From Selaginella moellendorffii (lineage: Eukaryota; Plantae; Lycopodiophyta), in the NCBI RefSeq assembly GCF_000143415.4, contig NW_003314365.1, forward strand, positions 1-64,000: a stretch of 64,000 bases of DNA, given 5' to 3'. Positions 1 to 12,709 of the stretch are shown here, piece after piece. A program made the translations under genes and the position numbers. The number at the start of each line of letters is the position of its first letter. Position 1 is the stretch's first letter. The notes under the pieces were generated by a model that saw nothing but the letters and a program-made list of their open reading frames with translations, ran no database searches and was not told the DNA's origin.

Positions 1-2768
1 CTTTCTTTACTTGTTCCATCAGATTCGGATTCATCCGGTAGGCTGCTTGGCTTCTTGGTTTTGAGTCTGGAAGAAAGGTGATGGTGTGAAGGCTGAGTTT
101 GGGCGAAATTCCCTTAAGGTCTCGATAACTCCAAGCGAACAAGTGTTTCTTCTTTTGGAGAAGATTGATGCCTTTGTCTCAAAAACTTGCCGAGATGTCG
201 GTAGCGAGTACAATGTAGTGTTCGTTGCCATCATCGGCAAGGCTGAATTTTTTGAGTTTTTGGTCGGCTGGAATTGACGGAATGTAGGCAACTTTGTTGT
301 GGTTGTCGACTGTGAATGTCGGTGGCGCTTCGAGTTTTGTATCTCGAGTGACTGGATTTTTTAGTGCTGATGTAATCGGGGGTCGTTCTCATTGGAAGTC
401 GGCGACAATTCGGAAGAGGTCGATCTCGGCCAAAGGTTCGAGATCGGGGTAGGCTTTGAGAATTTGTTGTTCTTCATAGTTGTCGAGGCCATCTTCGAGA
501 TTAAATTCTTCCAAGTCAATAGGTCGGTTTTGGCTGGACAGTGATTTGGTCGCTTTTGTCGACACAGTTGTCGGTCTGTCTGGTCTGTGAAGGATAAGAT
601 TGTCATTGGGCCAATCTTGATAAACTTGGGCAGTTCGGAGCCAAGGTCAACCGAGGAAAATCAAGTATCCATTGGTCTGCTCTGGTAGTTTGAGGACGAC
701 ATAGTTGACTGGTATTTCAACGCCTTGAATGGTGGGGTTGACTTTTTGGATGATGCCTTTGGGTTGAATAGATCGGTGGTCGGCCATTTGGACATTGAAA
801 GGTGCTGGGTGGACTGGGCCAATGTTGAGTTGTTGAACAAGACTTTCTTCAATAATATAAACGCTAGAGCTGCTGTCAATTATGGCTCCTCGAACAAGGT
901 GTTTGTCGAGTCGTAGGTCAATTGTCGGAACATCATTGTCACAATCGCCTGGTTGAATCTCAATTCGAAATGTGTCAACAGCTGTCTGTGTGGAGTTGAG
1001 TGTGGGCAAGTCTGTCAAAGTGTTGGTCGGTGCAGATGTTAGATCGGTGAGATGTTTGGTGAGGTAGGGTGCAATCTTCAGCAGTTGGCCGATGGTGATC
1101 TGAATATTTTGGTTGAGGATAGTCTCTGCTACTTCTTGGATTTTGTCGAAGTTTGCCGAATTGTGTTCTAGTGTCAGTGTTGATGTTGGACGATTTGTCT
1201 GTCGGTTTTCTGGTACTGAGTCTTGGCATTGTTGTCGAGCTGGTGATGGTTGAGCTTCATTGTCGGAGTCTAAAATCACTAATTCAGGTGGTTGTAGAGC
1301 GAGTTGCCGTTGTATCTTGGCGGCTAACTTCTGCTTCTTTTCCCATTCCTGGAGTTTTGTCGGGCTCTCAAGGCCTTTCTCTTTACTATCTCTAGAATCT
1401 CTGTCTGGTTGTTGTTGTTTTTTTGCTCGAATTTGTGCTCGGGTTTGTACTGCCATGACTTGAGGATCTAAGTCATCATTGTCGGCATAAGGTAGTTCAT
1501 CGGTCTCGACCATCCTTGTTGTTGGTGGTTGCTGCTGGTTTTGATCTTATTGTCGAGGAGGCGGTGGACCAAGTCTCGGCGGACTGCCTTGGTTTTGAAG
1601 TCGAGGTTGCCATGCTCGGTTGTTACAGTTGCCTTGGTAGCCATGGTCTTGATAACCTTGGCCTTGGTATCTTCAGTTTTGGTATCTTGGGTATTGTTGG
1701 TATCCTTGGTTGTAGTTGTCTCGGTTTGCTGGGTAGTTCCAGTTCGGCGGGTGTTGTTGATCGTTGTAGTTGTTGTTGTAGTCGTTATTGTAATTGTTGT
1801 AGCGAGGTTGATCATTCCATTGTCAACTCTGGTGTTGGAAGTTGTTTCTCAGCAGTCTCCAGTTTGTCGGAGGTGGTGGCTGGTAATTGTTGAAGTATTG
1901 ATTTGGATATGGTTGTCGAAATTGCTGTCGGGGATAGTTCAAGACTTGTCAAACTTCTGGAGAATTTCAAAATTTTCAAGTTTTGGCGTCATGACCTTCT
2001 TTGGTACAGATCTGGCATTTGGAGATTTGGAGCTTGCAGTCACTTGCTGGATGTCCTTCGTTCTTGCACTTAGTACACCAAATTCTAGATCGAAATTCTT
2101 TGATGTCGGCCTTGGCTTTTCCCTTGAGCTTGTCGATTGTTTTCTTGAGTTTCCGAAGTTTTGACTTGGTGCTCTCTCCGAGTTCATCTCGGAGTTGTCG
2201 TCGGAACTGCTATCAGAATCTGAGTTATCTGTGTCATCTACTTGTGCTGTCATTCGTCGAGCTTGAACATCTTGATGGGCTCTTGTGAGTTCGAGATAAG
2301 TGGCAACATTGATGTGCGTTGCCGCTTCTCAGAGGGATCGTTGGAGTCCTTGCATGTACCATTGGTAAAGTAATGTTTCGGTGGCACTGTTTCCGCATTT
2401 GCTGGCATGTTGAGTGAAGGTTTGAGTGTAGTTGTCGATGGATTGACCAGACTTCTACTTGAGTTTTTGGATCTTGTGAAGTCGTTGGCTTTGAGTGAGG
2501 GAAGACTTGAATCGGTCTACGAGCTTGAGTGCGAGGTCGTCGAAACTTGTATTTTGAGGAAGCGTTTGAGCCCATTTGTTGGCTCTCTTTCGAAGGGTAC
2601 ATCAGAAATAGTATGGAAGTTCAGTCGTTTGGCCGTTGATTCAGATTTCTTCTCGGAACTGTTCAACATGTTTCTCGGCGTCTTCTGACTTCAGACCATG
2701 AAATAGTGGATAGGAGACGTGTCTTCCAACAGGTATGTTGGCGACGGCGGTAGTGACTGCCATTTGCT
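1..2768 (-). mobile_element. Ty3/gypsy copy A, duplicated internal segment (gag C-half, CCHC knuckles, protease, start of RT); runs off the window start
   Basis: Near-identical to 16985-19745. Protease motif AIIDSSSSVYII in ORF 647..1513. Zinc-knuckle region near 1990-2090. Joined at ~2765 to an integrase fragment. Confidence 0.9.
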
Positions 2769-4427
2769 GATGATATTTTCGTAGATGAAGGTTGCTGTTG
2801 CTTTCGCTGTGGCATGTCGAAGAGGTATTGCTTCGGCCCACTCGGTAGTGTAATCGGTGGTGATGATGATGTACTGATTTTGTCGACGGGTGCTGACTTG
2901 GGGTCCGGCGAAGTCGAGTCCCCATTTCTGAAATGGTGCCATTGGGAATGTTGGGTTGAGTTGTTGAGTCTGAGTTTTTGGCGATAATCGGTGTCATTGA
3001 CATGTGTCGCAGCATTTGCAGAATTCTTCAGTGTCATGCCAGAGTGTCGGCCACCAGAGGCCGGCTTGAAGAATCTTCCGAGTTGTGGTGTTAGCAGCAA
3101 AGTGTCCGCCGGAAGGTCCATCGTGAGCTTCCTTGATGATTTGAGTTGTGCTTGGCGGCTTGATGCATTGGTGAAGAATGTTGTCAATTCCTAGTTTGTA
3201 GAGAGTGCCTCCGATAACTGAGTATCGTTGGGTTTTAGCAACAAAAGTCTTCTTTTGGTCGGACGTAGTGTACTGATCTGGAACTTTTGCTGAGTTCAGG
3301 TAACTGAAGACGTCATCAAGCCAGGTTGCTGGTATTGAAACTCGGAATAGGTTTGAGTCGGGTAAGTCATCAGTAAGTCTTTTGGGTTTGTCGCCGGTGG
3401 TGATCCGGCTGAGATAATCTGCTTGCTTGTGATTTTTGCTGGGTTTGTGGAGGATCTCGAAGTTTTATTCTTGTAGTAAAAGGAACCATCTTAATATTCG
3501 ACCAGATAGTATCGGCTTGTTGATGAGGTAAAGGAGTGCCTTGTGGTTGACGAAAAGGACGACTTTGGTTGACAGTATGTAGTGTCGGAACTTTTGAAGT
3601 GAGTAGATCATGCCGAGAGCTTCTTTCTTGGTGGTGGTGTAATTTCGTTCAGCTGGGTTGAGTAGTCAGCTGGCGTAGTAGATTGGTTGATCTCGGTTGT
3701 TGTGTTGAGTTTGGCTGAGAATTGCACTAGTGACAATGTCGAAAGTGTCGACATGAATGTGGAACTCTTGTGTCCAGTTGGGCTTGGAAAGGATTGATGC
3801 TGTTGTTAGTTTGAGTCAGAGATTGTCGAATGCTTGTTGCTGTTCAAATGTCTATGTCCATTGGGCATCTTGCTTCAATCCATTGGTGAGTGGTTTGGCA
3901 ATGTGAGCGTACTTGTGGATGAATCGTCGGTGATATCCGACTTTGCCGAGGAAGCGCTGAAGTTCTTTGTCGGGGTTGAGTGCTATGTCTTTGTTCTCCT
4001 CGCACTTGTTGAGGCATTTCTCCAGGCATTCAAGATGTCGATCTTCCAAGATGAAAACGCTGAAGTCGTCCATGAAGACTCTCATGAAGTCGGTGAGGTA
4101 TTCTCGGAAAGTGTTGGTGACAAGCCTTTGGAAGGTGAATGGGGCGTTGTAGAGTCCAAAAGGCATTCGTCGGTAAGCATAGGCTCCCCATGGAATGATG
4201 AATGCTGTCTTGTGTTGATCTTCTTCGGCAATGTAAATTTGGTTGTAGCCAGAGAAACCATCGAGGAAGGAGTACATCTCGTGTCCGGGGACTACGTCAA
4301 GAACTTCATTGGTAAATGGTATCGGGAAAACATCTTTTTCAGTGGCGTCATTGAGCTGTTTATAGTTGACGCAGATTCGAAGTTTGCCATTTTTCTTTGG
4401 CACAACCACCAATGGTGAAAGCCAAAT
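2769..4427 (-). pseudogene. Ty3/gypsy pol, copy A: RT C-part, RNase H, integrase N-part (disrupted)
   Basis: RT motifs KKNGKLRICVNY, YSFLDGFSGYNQI, MPFGLYNAP, VFMDDF (ORF 3852..4538). Integrase APFQKWGLDFAGP (2691..2942). RT is cut at ...IWLSP by the insertion at 4428 and resumes at 16930. Confidence 0.92.
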
Positions 4428-4869
4428 AAGCTCTATTTTGTTAAAGTGGGAATTGTCATTATCCCACTTGTAAAATAAGGTTTCCAAACCTTTATATAGT
4501 ATATAAATATAACAAAATTCAACTGCATTGAGGCACATGCCATTTTATTTTAAACAAGGAAATGTTTACTCAATCACTTCTCCTCCCCCTGCCACTGCTT
4601 CACCTCTCTCTTCTCCTTGTCATCATCGTCCAATTTCTTTCCATCCTTTTAATATTGGCTCAGTTGCTCCGAGTCTAGGTGGAGCCCAAGTCCCCATTCA
4701 ATCTTTACTTTCCCCTTATTAATAAAACGACTTCGTAGACTTCCAATAACATGCTGTAACACTTCTAGTATAATGCAAATCCTCTCAAAGAATTGTCTTT
4801 TAATATTAATACAATGGCATGGAACCCCATGCCATAATAAGTTACATTTTTAAATAAATACATGCCATC

Positions 4870-5730
4870 TCAGACTGTTATTTTTTGCCTCCAACGCCTA
4901 TACAATAATCTTGGAATTTCATCACTCTCCACACTATCAGGATTTAAACCCAATAGTAATGCCATCTCTTCTCTAATACGTCCATGCTCATGTTCAGTGG
5001 TCGAAGAACCCATCCGGTTGAGCAGATTATAGAGATGCGGATAGTGCTTGGCTAGACAATATACATGCCATAAATGATGACTGGTGTCTGTCCGATCAAA
5101 TGGCTTCTGATATACCGTTCCATCTGCCATTTGGTTGATTTCTGCAGCCACCTCTTGGACTGGCCGGTTCTCTATCACCATCACTCCAAGCCGTTTTGCA
5201 AGGTCCCCCAGAACATATGGTTTCTTCTCCCTAGTTTCCATACTGCAAGAGATGGGGTGCACTGCATATGTGTGCGTGTTCGCTGGAGTTTTAATCGGCG
5301 AGTCATCGATGATGAGGATTTCACTTGACCTAGCAGTCCGGTTCATCACTACAGCCTCTGGCTTGACGAAGATGGGCTTGCTACCCCTCACATGGACCAT
5401 AGTCAAGCAATCCTCCTGCGTTAGGAGAAAGTCAAATGGTAATTACTCGCGTCTGATCGTGCATCATCTGTAGCAACATTAATGCATTGTGGCGCATCAT
5501 TGATGTCCAAATTCCCAATTGCAAATTGAACCCGGCCCTCTGTTTTAAGTGTCGCATGGTCATTATTAGATCCCGCAGTTTCTCCCGTGTGATTAATGTG
5601 AATCTGTCTCTTTTGACCAACTTGCAACCGCAGGCTTTGGAGGGTGTAGTGACATTCGAGGATGAGCCACGCTCATGGGAGAAAAGGACACCGTTCAAAT
5701 CAAAAACGATACAGTACCTTCGCCGTGACT
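4870..5730 (-). pseudogene. FCP1/NIF-family HAD phosphatase-like domain (transposon cargo)
   Basis: Motif I-like CIVFDLNGVLF, motif II-like LGIWTSM (ORF 5432..5752) and motif IV-like ILIIDDSPIK (ORF 4870..5406). Acceptor TTTCAG with GCTAAC branch point upstream (~5731-5750). Confidence 0.7.
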
Positions 5731-5777
5731 CTGAAATGAAATGCGTTAGCATAAAAAATGGTACAAGTCAATTTTAC

Positions 5778-7214
5778 CATCTACAATATTAGCGAATGAT
5801 GCTCCCGATGGTCGTTGAGAGGGTTTTGGTCGAGGAAACGTGAAGGGTGGAAATACTCTCCTCTGCAATGTGGGGTCAATCGCATCCGATGGCGTGTGGG
5901 CACATGCCATTTCAGCTGTAGACTCTGGTACAACTGGCTCAACAGTGGCATGGGGTGGTTCCGATGGCGTGTGATCACACGCCATTTCAGTTGGTGCCTC
6001 CGTTGGCAAAGTGGACATGACCGAACAGGCAGTAGGGGCGGTGTAGGGAGGTTCCAACGGCGCATAGTCAGACGATTGGGCACACGTTGAGTCTGTTGGA
6101 AATGAGGATACGACCGGCTCGGCGGCTGGGGCGGCCTCATGCGGGTCTAATGGCGCCTGGTCACCGTCAATTGGATATGTGGACAAGATTGACTCAGTGG
6201 TATGGGCAGCATCAAGTGGAGCGTGGTCAACTTGCTTGGCGTTGATATGGATAGTAGCCTCCACCAGCTCTGATGACTCTTGCAGGCAAGTAGAGTCCAC
6301 TGACAGATCCATATGCATGTCCAAATATCTCCCTTCGATTGAGATGGTATCCTCCCGTGCTACTAAAAACAAACTCATTAGCACATTGAATCGACTATAC
6401 TGTATTTACCATCAACTGCTATTGAGGAACTAGGACCGATATCACTTGGGAGCACTGCTGATTCTGAAGGATTGGACATACGTTTTGACCCTTGCTTGGC
6501 ACTATCCTTCCTCGACACTAAAGGCTAGAGTTTGTAAATTCAACTGAATAATCTCTACTTACCATTTGCTCTGCGACCTACATGGACAATGTTAGAAATG
6601 GTAAAAGGTTAGGAATGGATGTACTATTATTTACCTGATGGTTTGTCTTGTATGACCTTCCTCCGCTGCTCTTTGGCCACCTCAGGCTGGCCATTGTCGT
6701 CATCATCGTCGTCGTCGTTATTGTGATCGTCACCATTGTGAGGACTATCCAAGTCCTCTTGGTCCTCCTCTTCTTCGTCCTCCTCTTCTTTGTCCTCCTC
6801 TTCGTCCTGCTTTTCCTGCTCATTATCTTTCTCTGGCTCCTCATCCCCCTCCTGCATTTCTTCCATAGGCTGCTCAGGCTGGATGGCTTGTTCTTCCAGG
6901 ACCATCTTGGGAAAATCATCTGGCCGAGTCTCCATCTCAAAATACAAGACATCCATAGCCTGTTTTAGTGCGTGACCTAGGACCCTATCCTCACCCGACT
7001 GTCTTAACATGGTTTCTGCACGTTCTTGCACCCTTCGAAGATGATGAGATGAGAAAAACGTGGCCCTGACTTGAAAAGCATCCCTCATCCATTGTACCTC
7101 TCCATTGAGATTGGGGAAGGGGAGTCCACCATAGGAATCTGAGTTAGGAGGTGGTGACTGCCTGCTTTCACTCAGCCCTTGATTTGCAATGAATGGCATG
7201 AGCACACACGCCAT
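5778..7214 (-). CDS. Probable middle exons of the cargo gene: acidic D/E-rich tract and Pro/Ala/His-rich degenerate repeats
   Basis: ORFs 6627..7214 (EEEDKEEEDEEEEDQED...DDDDDDD) and 5746..6384 (DHAPLD/DQAPLD/DYAPLE/DHTPSE repeats). Multiple minus-strand GT..AG candidates near 5777, 6363, 6481, 6561, 6634. Confidence 0.45.
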
Positions 7215-7671
7215 AACCGCGAGGCATTACCTATCATCTTTTCATTGCCCTTCTTCCTTTTCGAATCAAACGCCTCTGATCCCGACGACTGTCCAACGTG
7301 CTTTCACTTTTTATGACCACTGTCAGTTTGAGCTTGGCTGGTGCTTGCCTGTTTTGCCTTTGAAGAAGTGTCTCCTGCAAGGAATGGCATGAAACCACAC
7401 GCCATTGCAAATATAATTTGTACCTCCTTTTTTCCTATTGCTTGTCTGTTTGTCCTTTTTTGACGCGCCACCAGTGCGCTTTTCAATCCTCGTGTCTGAA
7501 TATTCACAACAATCTATAATCAAAATGGCGTGAGGCCTCACGTGACCTTACCTTGTGCAGGTTGTGAGCTCGGCCCAACATGGGTATCTTCAACAGTAGC
7601 TGTTAACGCCGTTTCAGCATCTGGGGGTGGCCACGCTCCTGCATACAGAGCTTGTGAGATAACATTTAAAC

Positions 7672-10484
7672 TTAAAGTGCGTACTCACCAGGTTCGTAGA
7701 GAAGATACTGTTTTTCTTTGGCAACTGTAATTATATGCTCCATTGAAGTCACCTCTTCAATGGAGTTTGTCACCGCAACACACGGGACACCCTTGAGTAG
7801 TGCGGCTCGAAAGAATAGTCCGCCGCAGTTGTACTCGACAACGCATTTGCCCTTGGAGTGGGAAGCAGGTGACCCACCCGCTATTGCGTTGAAGACCCAG
7901 CTGTGCATTTCCCATGCTACACCTGGAGCTTTCTTTGGATTCGAAAGCTCCATAGCCGTCTTCAGTTCCTCAGGCACGGGTAAATTGACCTCCCTCAGAT
8001 CAATTCGATCGGCCTTGTCGAACGAAGCTGGGAAGTCACTCCAGTCCCACTCTGCTGCAGAACCAATAACAAGGGCGAGTGTGAAGATGCGGACATTCGT
8101 TGGTATCTTCTTCTTAGCCATTATCCCATGGATCTCCCGCATCTCCTTGCCTTTCAACCGAGCCTTCACCTCGTTCAAGGCCTTCTAGAACTTGTGATAG
8201 GATTCGGAGTTGTAGATCATATAGTGGACTGAAGATTCCACCTCCGCAAGTCCCACCATTAAGTCAATGATGGAGCTGACTTCGTCTGCATGAGTGATCT
8301 CCTCGTTTGTGAAGTCCATCACACAAAAGATGTTCTTGACCTGCTCATCTCCGCGGGAAACGATGCTCCTCCACCTTTGATCCTCATCCGAATTCAAGTA
8401 TACCCGGTAAGGTTCTCGATAGGCCTCTGCTGCGGGGTCGAGCTGTTTCTGAAGCCGGCGGTCGACATCACTCTTAATGAAATTTGGATACTGATCCAAC
8501 TTCTCAGCTTTACTTTTCGTGGCATCCCGCAGCAGATCGATGAACTTGGGGGCCCCCTTCACGTACTCGTCGATGTCTTCATTTGACAAATCCAACGCTT
8601 CCATCATCTCTTGCGTGGTGTCGATGCTCACCCTCTCCACGGCCACTTGCTCGAAGATCCAATCCTTCAATAGCGCACGAGCTCTCACAGTCGTGCACAA
8701 GTCCTCGTATGTCACAATATGGCCGGGAGTCATTTTGGTCTTGTTGAAGACTACCTCACCACGTAGAAGAGCATTAGCCACTGTTAGAAGGTCGTCATTG
8801 TCTAGAGACCGCGAGAAACGCAAGGTGTTGAGCTTCAAATCATTGGGCTTCCGGCCGTCCTCCACACCCATTGAGTTTAGTAACTCCCCGTCATGGTACC
8901 TCCTCAGCACATCTACCCATTTGTCAAAAACAACTTTTGTCGCGAGTAGAATGTTATGGATGCTGAGTGTGTCATTGACCCCCAGTGTTTTCGAGAGAAG
9001 ACTCGAGAATTCCTGCAATGGAAATGGCGTGAGGCCACATGCTATGCCACATGCAACGAGGCTTACCTGCCAGGCGCTAGTTGCTAGTGCACGTCCTTGT
9101 TTTGGTTTTTGTGGCTTCTTCAGTTGAACCCAGAGCTTCCGTGTTCGTGCCAATGTCTCGTGCAGACCCGATTTGTAGCACGTTTCTTGCTTGACATTCT
9201 ACGTGTGGGAGATGTATATGATAGATCGGAGGGGCGAGTTGCCTTTTATCAGGCGGACAACTTTTGTCTTGAAGACTTTCTTCACCTCCTCGCCCACCAT
9301 AATATCCACAACTATCTCTTGCATCGCCAAGCTAGAATGCTGCCCGAAGACGGCATAGAACCGGATGTTCTGATCGTCCAACACCTTCCTATTGATCAAG
9401 TCTGGAAACCTCGTCTCGCCCTTCATTGTTCGGTAGTAGGGGATCACGTCTGCGATGTCGGGTGTTACTGGACTTGCCAGCATCTTCTGCTTCAGTTTCT
9501 CCACCCACTCATCAGATACTAACCTGTGGTTGTATTTGCTTTGGATGTCGATACGGCTCACGTCGATTGTATATACTTTGTTGGAATAGTAACAAGTACT
9601 ATTATCTGCGACGATTTTTGTTGCCTCTTCTTGCTCTTTCTGCTCTTTGTGGCTCTTCTTTTTGGTGGGTGTAGTGTTCGAACCCGAGGCAATGGCATCA
9701 CCGAGTAACTTCTTTTTTGGAGGAGAGTCAGACGTCGGCTTGAGCTTGACCACCCTTTTCTGCTTCGGGGTAGTTTCCAGATTGACCCCCTTCCCCTTCG
9801 CTTCGCGAACTGGAGGCACTCTCAACGGTTCAATGTTGGAATATAGTTTTTGAACATCGCCGTAGGTGAGGTCCGTGGATTCCATGTGATCTTCATAGAC
9901 CCGCAGTGTCTTTGAAATTGTGGGCCTCCTGGACAACCTCTCCCTAGCTCCCTCTAGGAATTCCTCATAGCCGCTGCCCCCCTCCGGGAAGCCGCTAGGA
10001 TGTGCAAGGTGGATCTTGAAGGCGGACGCTGTCTCTACCACAAGTGCCAGTCCATATTCTTGTATGGAACTGCATGGAGTGTCTGTCACTTGGATGAGGA
10101 TCCCCATGCATTCTTTTCTCCCACCATCTGTGTTGTACAGCCTCAGATCCTCGCCTTCCATCCCGAAAGTCCAACTAGTGAGCTCCTCCCCCTTCTCTGC
10201 ATCCACATTGACAGTGGCTGGAAGAAGAACGCAATTCCTCGCCTGTTCAAAAATGCACAACAATTAGAGCTGACAGATGAAAAGCTAGCAGTTGGAAATA
10301 ACGTGAGGCCACACGCCATTCACCACTGCATCAGATGTCTTGAGGCTGCATCCTAAGATGGCGTGAGGCTATACGCCATCTGTAACCGGACTGCACTCGA
10401 AAGCCCAATCGGTGCATGCCAATGTTGCTATTGAATGGCATGTGGCCTCATGCCATTTTCTACTTGGCCTAAAAGACTTACCAT
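7672..10484 (-). pseudogene. Large spliced cargo gene: ParB/Srx-like domain plus degenerate beta-class DNA methyltransferase-like domain
   Basis: ORFs 9199..10263, 8185..9153 and 7672..8178 share one frame, separated only by single TAG stops. ATG at 10484-10482, intron 10243-10481 (GTAAG..CAG), in-frame 54-nt intron 9013-9066. ParB-like: IDVSRIDIQSKYNHR..WVEKLKQKM..FYAVFGQHSSLA..YISHT*NVKQ. MTase-like: CVMDFT ... KCVVEYNCGGLFFRAALLKGVPCVAV. Confidence 0.6.
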
Positions 10485-11733
10485 TTGAAGCCGAATGGAG
10501 GCGTGACAACCGGACTTGCTGGCGAATGTGCACTGTGTGTGCAGCGGATCGTAGCAGCAAGGCTACTCTGCCACTTACAGTTGGAGAGTGGCGCTGAAAT
10601 CTCCCGGGACGCCAAGTGGGCTGCGTGTGGGTGGCGGAGTGGGCGGCGGAGTTGGCGGCGAAGTTACAAATTGGGTGTGTCTTGAAGTGGACGCCGATGC
10701 ACACGAGCGCGATGCAAGCGCGAGTGTGATGCAAGCGCGAGTGGACGCTGATGCACACGAGAAACCTGTAAAGAAGGTAGATGAGCGCGAATGTGAGCGT
10801 GATCGCGAGTGGGAGCGCGATGCGAGCGCGAGTACGAAGCAAAATGCAAAACCTAACCTCACACGCGCGAAATGTCACGACGGTTGGTAATCCTGCTACG
10901 TCATCATTCCTCGGACTTGGGCGCCACCATTAATTTCTGGATCGCCCCGCGCATGCGTGAAATCCAAAAGAAATCTGCAACGTCATCATTCCTCGGACTA
11001 CATGCACGCGAAATCCAAAAGAAAGATCATGATTGGGATATCATTTAATACCCTCGCTATATTTATACCATGCATGATTGGATATTCCAAAGCATCTTGT
11101 ATTTCCAAAAATGCCAGATGTTCAGCTAAATAAATTGTCAGAGGATTTGATGTGACGTTCAAGCGTGTGGGCTCATGCAATTTTGATCCCAAAAAATGCA
11201 CCAAAAAATGCTCAGTGTCATCTGGCGTTATCTCTTGAATGGCATGGGGCCGCATGCCATTTTCAGGGGCACATAGGAGTATATTCCTAGAATATTCTGA
11301 TACGTGCGAGATTTTTTTGAGTTTTCTGGAGATCCAACCGTTAGATCGCAACTAGATTTTACAGAATGGTATACAATATCCTTCTTGATGATCCTGCAAA
11401 GAAGCATCTCGATCGGACACCACATGAGACCACACAAGCCTTACAATGTTTCAGGGGCATTTGCCATAGATCCGACTGTTATTTTGCTCCAAGATTTTAC
11501 AGTTTGGTGTGCATTGACCTTTCCATCAACACTGCAAAGGGACATCACAATTAGATGCGGGATCACAAGAAACTAATTTCACTAACTCTGGTTTCACCAA
11601 GATCTATGTAAGGAGTTATGAAATGAAAGGACCCTCTCTATTGAAATGTGTTTATGGTCCTAGGGGCATTGTGACATATCAAAGGATTTTGCATCAAGTT
11701 CTATATTTGCATGTTTATCAAGCTACTGAATTG

Positions 11734-11760
11734 CTAAACCCTAAACCCTAAACCCTAAAC
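11734..11760 (+). repeat. Short plant telomeric (CCCTAAA)n / telo-box tract
   Basis: CTAAACCCTAAACCCTAAACCCTAAAC in the region between the two divergent genes. Confidence 0.85.
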
Positions 11761-12709
11761 ATGTGGCAAATGCTGCATGAAGAAAGATGCCCTTTCTGGG
11801 CAAATGCTGTAAGAGGCAGATGCCAAGCAGATGTATCTCAGGCTAGCGAAGGGGATAAACGAAAGCTAGCTATAAACATGACGGGATGCAAACAGATTAC
11901 TAGGCTGGTCCTACAAAAATCAAAAACCATAATTGAAAACATTGAAAATGCAAAAAGAAAGGTTTCTTGCCTTATATTGCCATAAATGGACGTACACACA
12001 CAGCATAATTATTCCTTTACACGGCGAATAATCTTGGCGCGGATCGCTGACACGGCATGGCAAAGTTCGAATCACTAACATGGCACAGCTGGATCGAGGC
12101 AAGGACATGATGTGACAAAGTTCAACCTCCGACAGCAAAGTCTAGAAGCTACTCAGTTTGAAATTTGTCAGAGGAATCATAAGATCTGGTTTGTCAGAGG
12201 ATTTGATGTGACGTTCAAGCATGTGTTATTTTTGAATTCTCGAACTCATTCCTAGGTCTATCATTTTTGTGCGCCGTGTTCTTGGTTCCGCTGAGCGCAG
12301 TGAGCGCTGCTTGTGTAAGCGGCGTTGTGAGCTGTGGTTTATGCGTCTACAAGCGGTTGCAGCATTGCGAGCGCCATTGCGAGCGGCAATTTATGCGAGT
12401 GGCAGTTTGTGCGAGCGGCGCTACGAGCAGTTGCGGTGTTGCGAGTGACGCTACGAGTAGTTGCGGTGTTGCGAGCGGCACTGTCTTTGGTGTGGCTACC
12501 GCGTCCTCTTGATATTCGGCACTTGTGCTTCCTGGTATGTTCACCATGGAATGGCTTAGGACCACATTTAGAAATGGCATGAGGCCACATGCCATCTTGG
12601 GCCCTTGCAATTTCATGGCTAGTGTATTGTCATGTATGTTTTTACTTGCCTGCAGCTGTGTGTATATCAAGATGGCATGAGGCCTCATGCCATCTTTGGC
12701 CCCTGCTAG

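Noticed and set aside
1516-2164. Hydrophobic Val/Leu-rich plus-strand ORFs (also 18499-19147, 39292-39858, 53623-54009) as membrane or env proteins
   Set aside because: They are antisense shadows of the CAA/AAC-rich Gln/Asn gag linker.
3852-4538. RT ORF with a novel N-terminus (likewise 44595..45158, 53222..53971, 41803..42627)
   Set aside because: These are chimeric read-throughs across insertion or deletion junctions.
11734-11760. Chromosome end or telomere-healing site
   Set aside because: Fewer than four units, internal to a TIR-bounded element.
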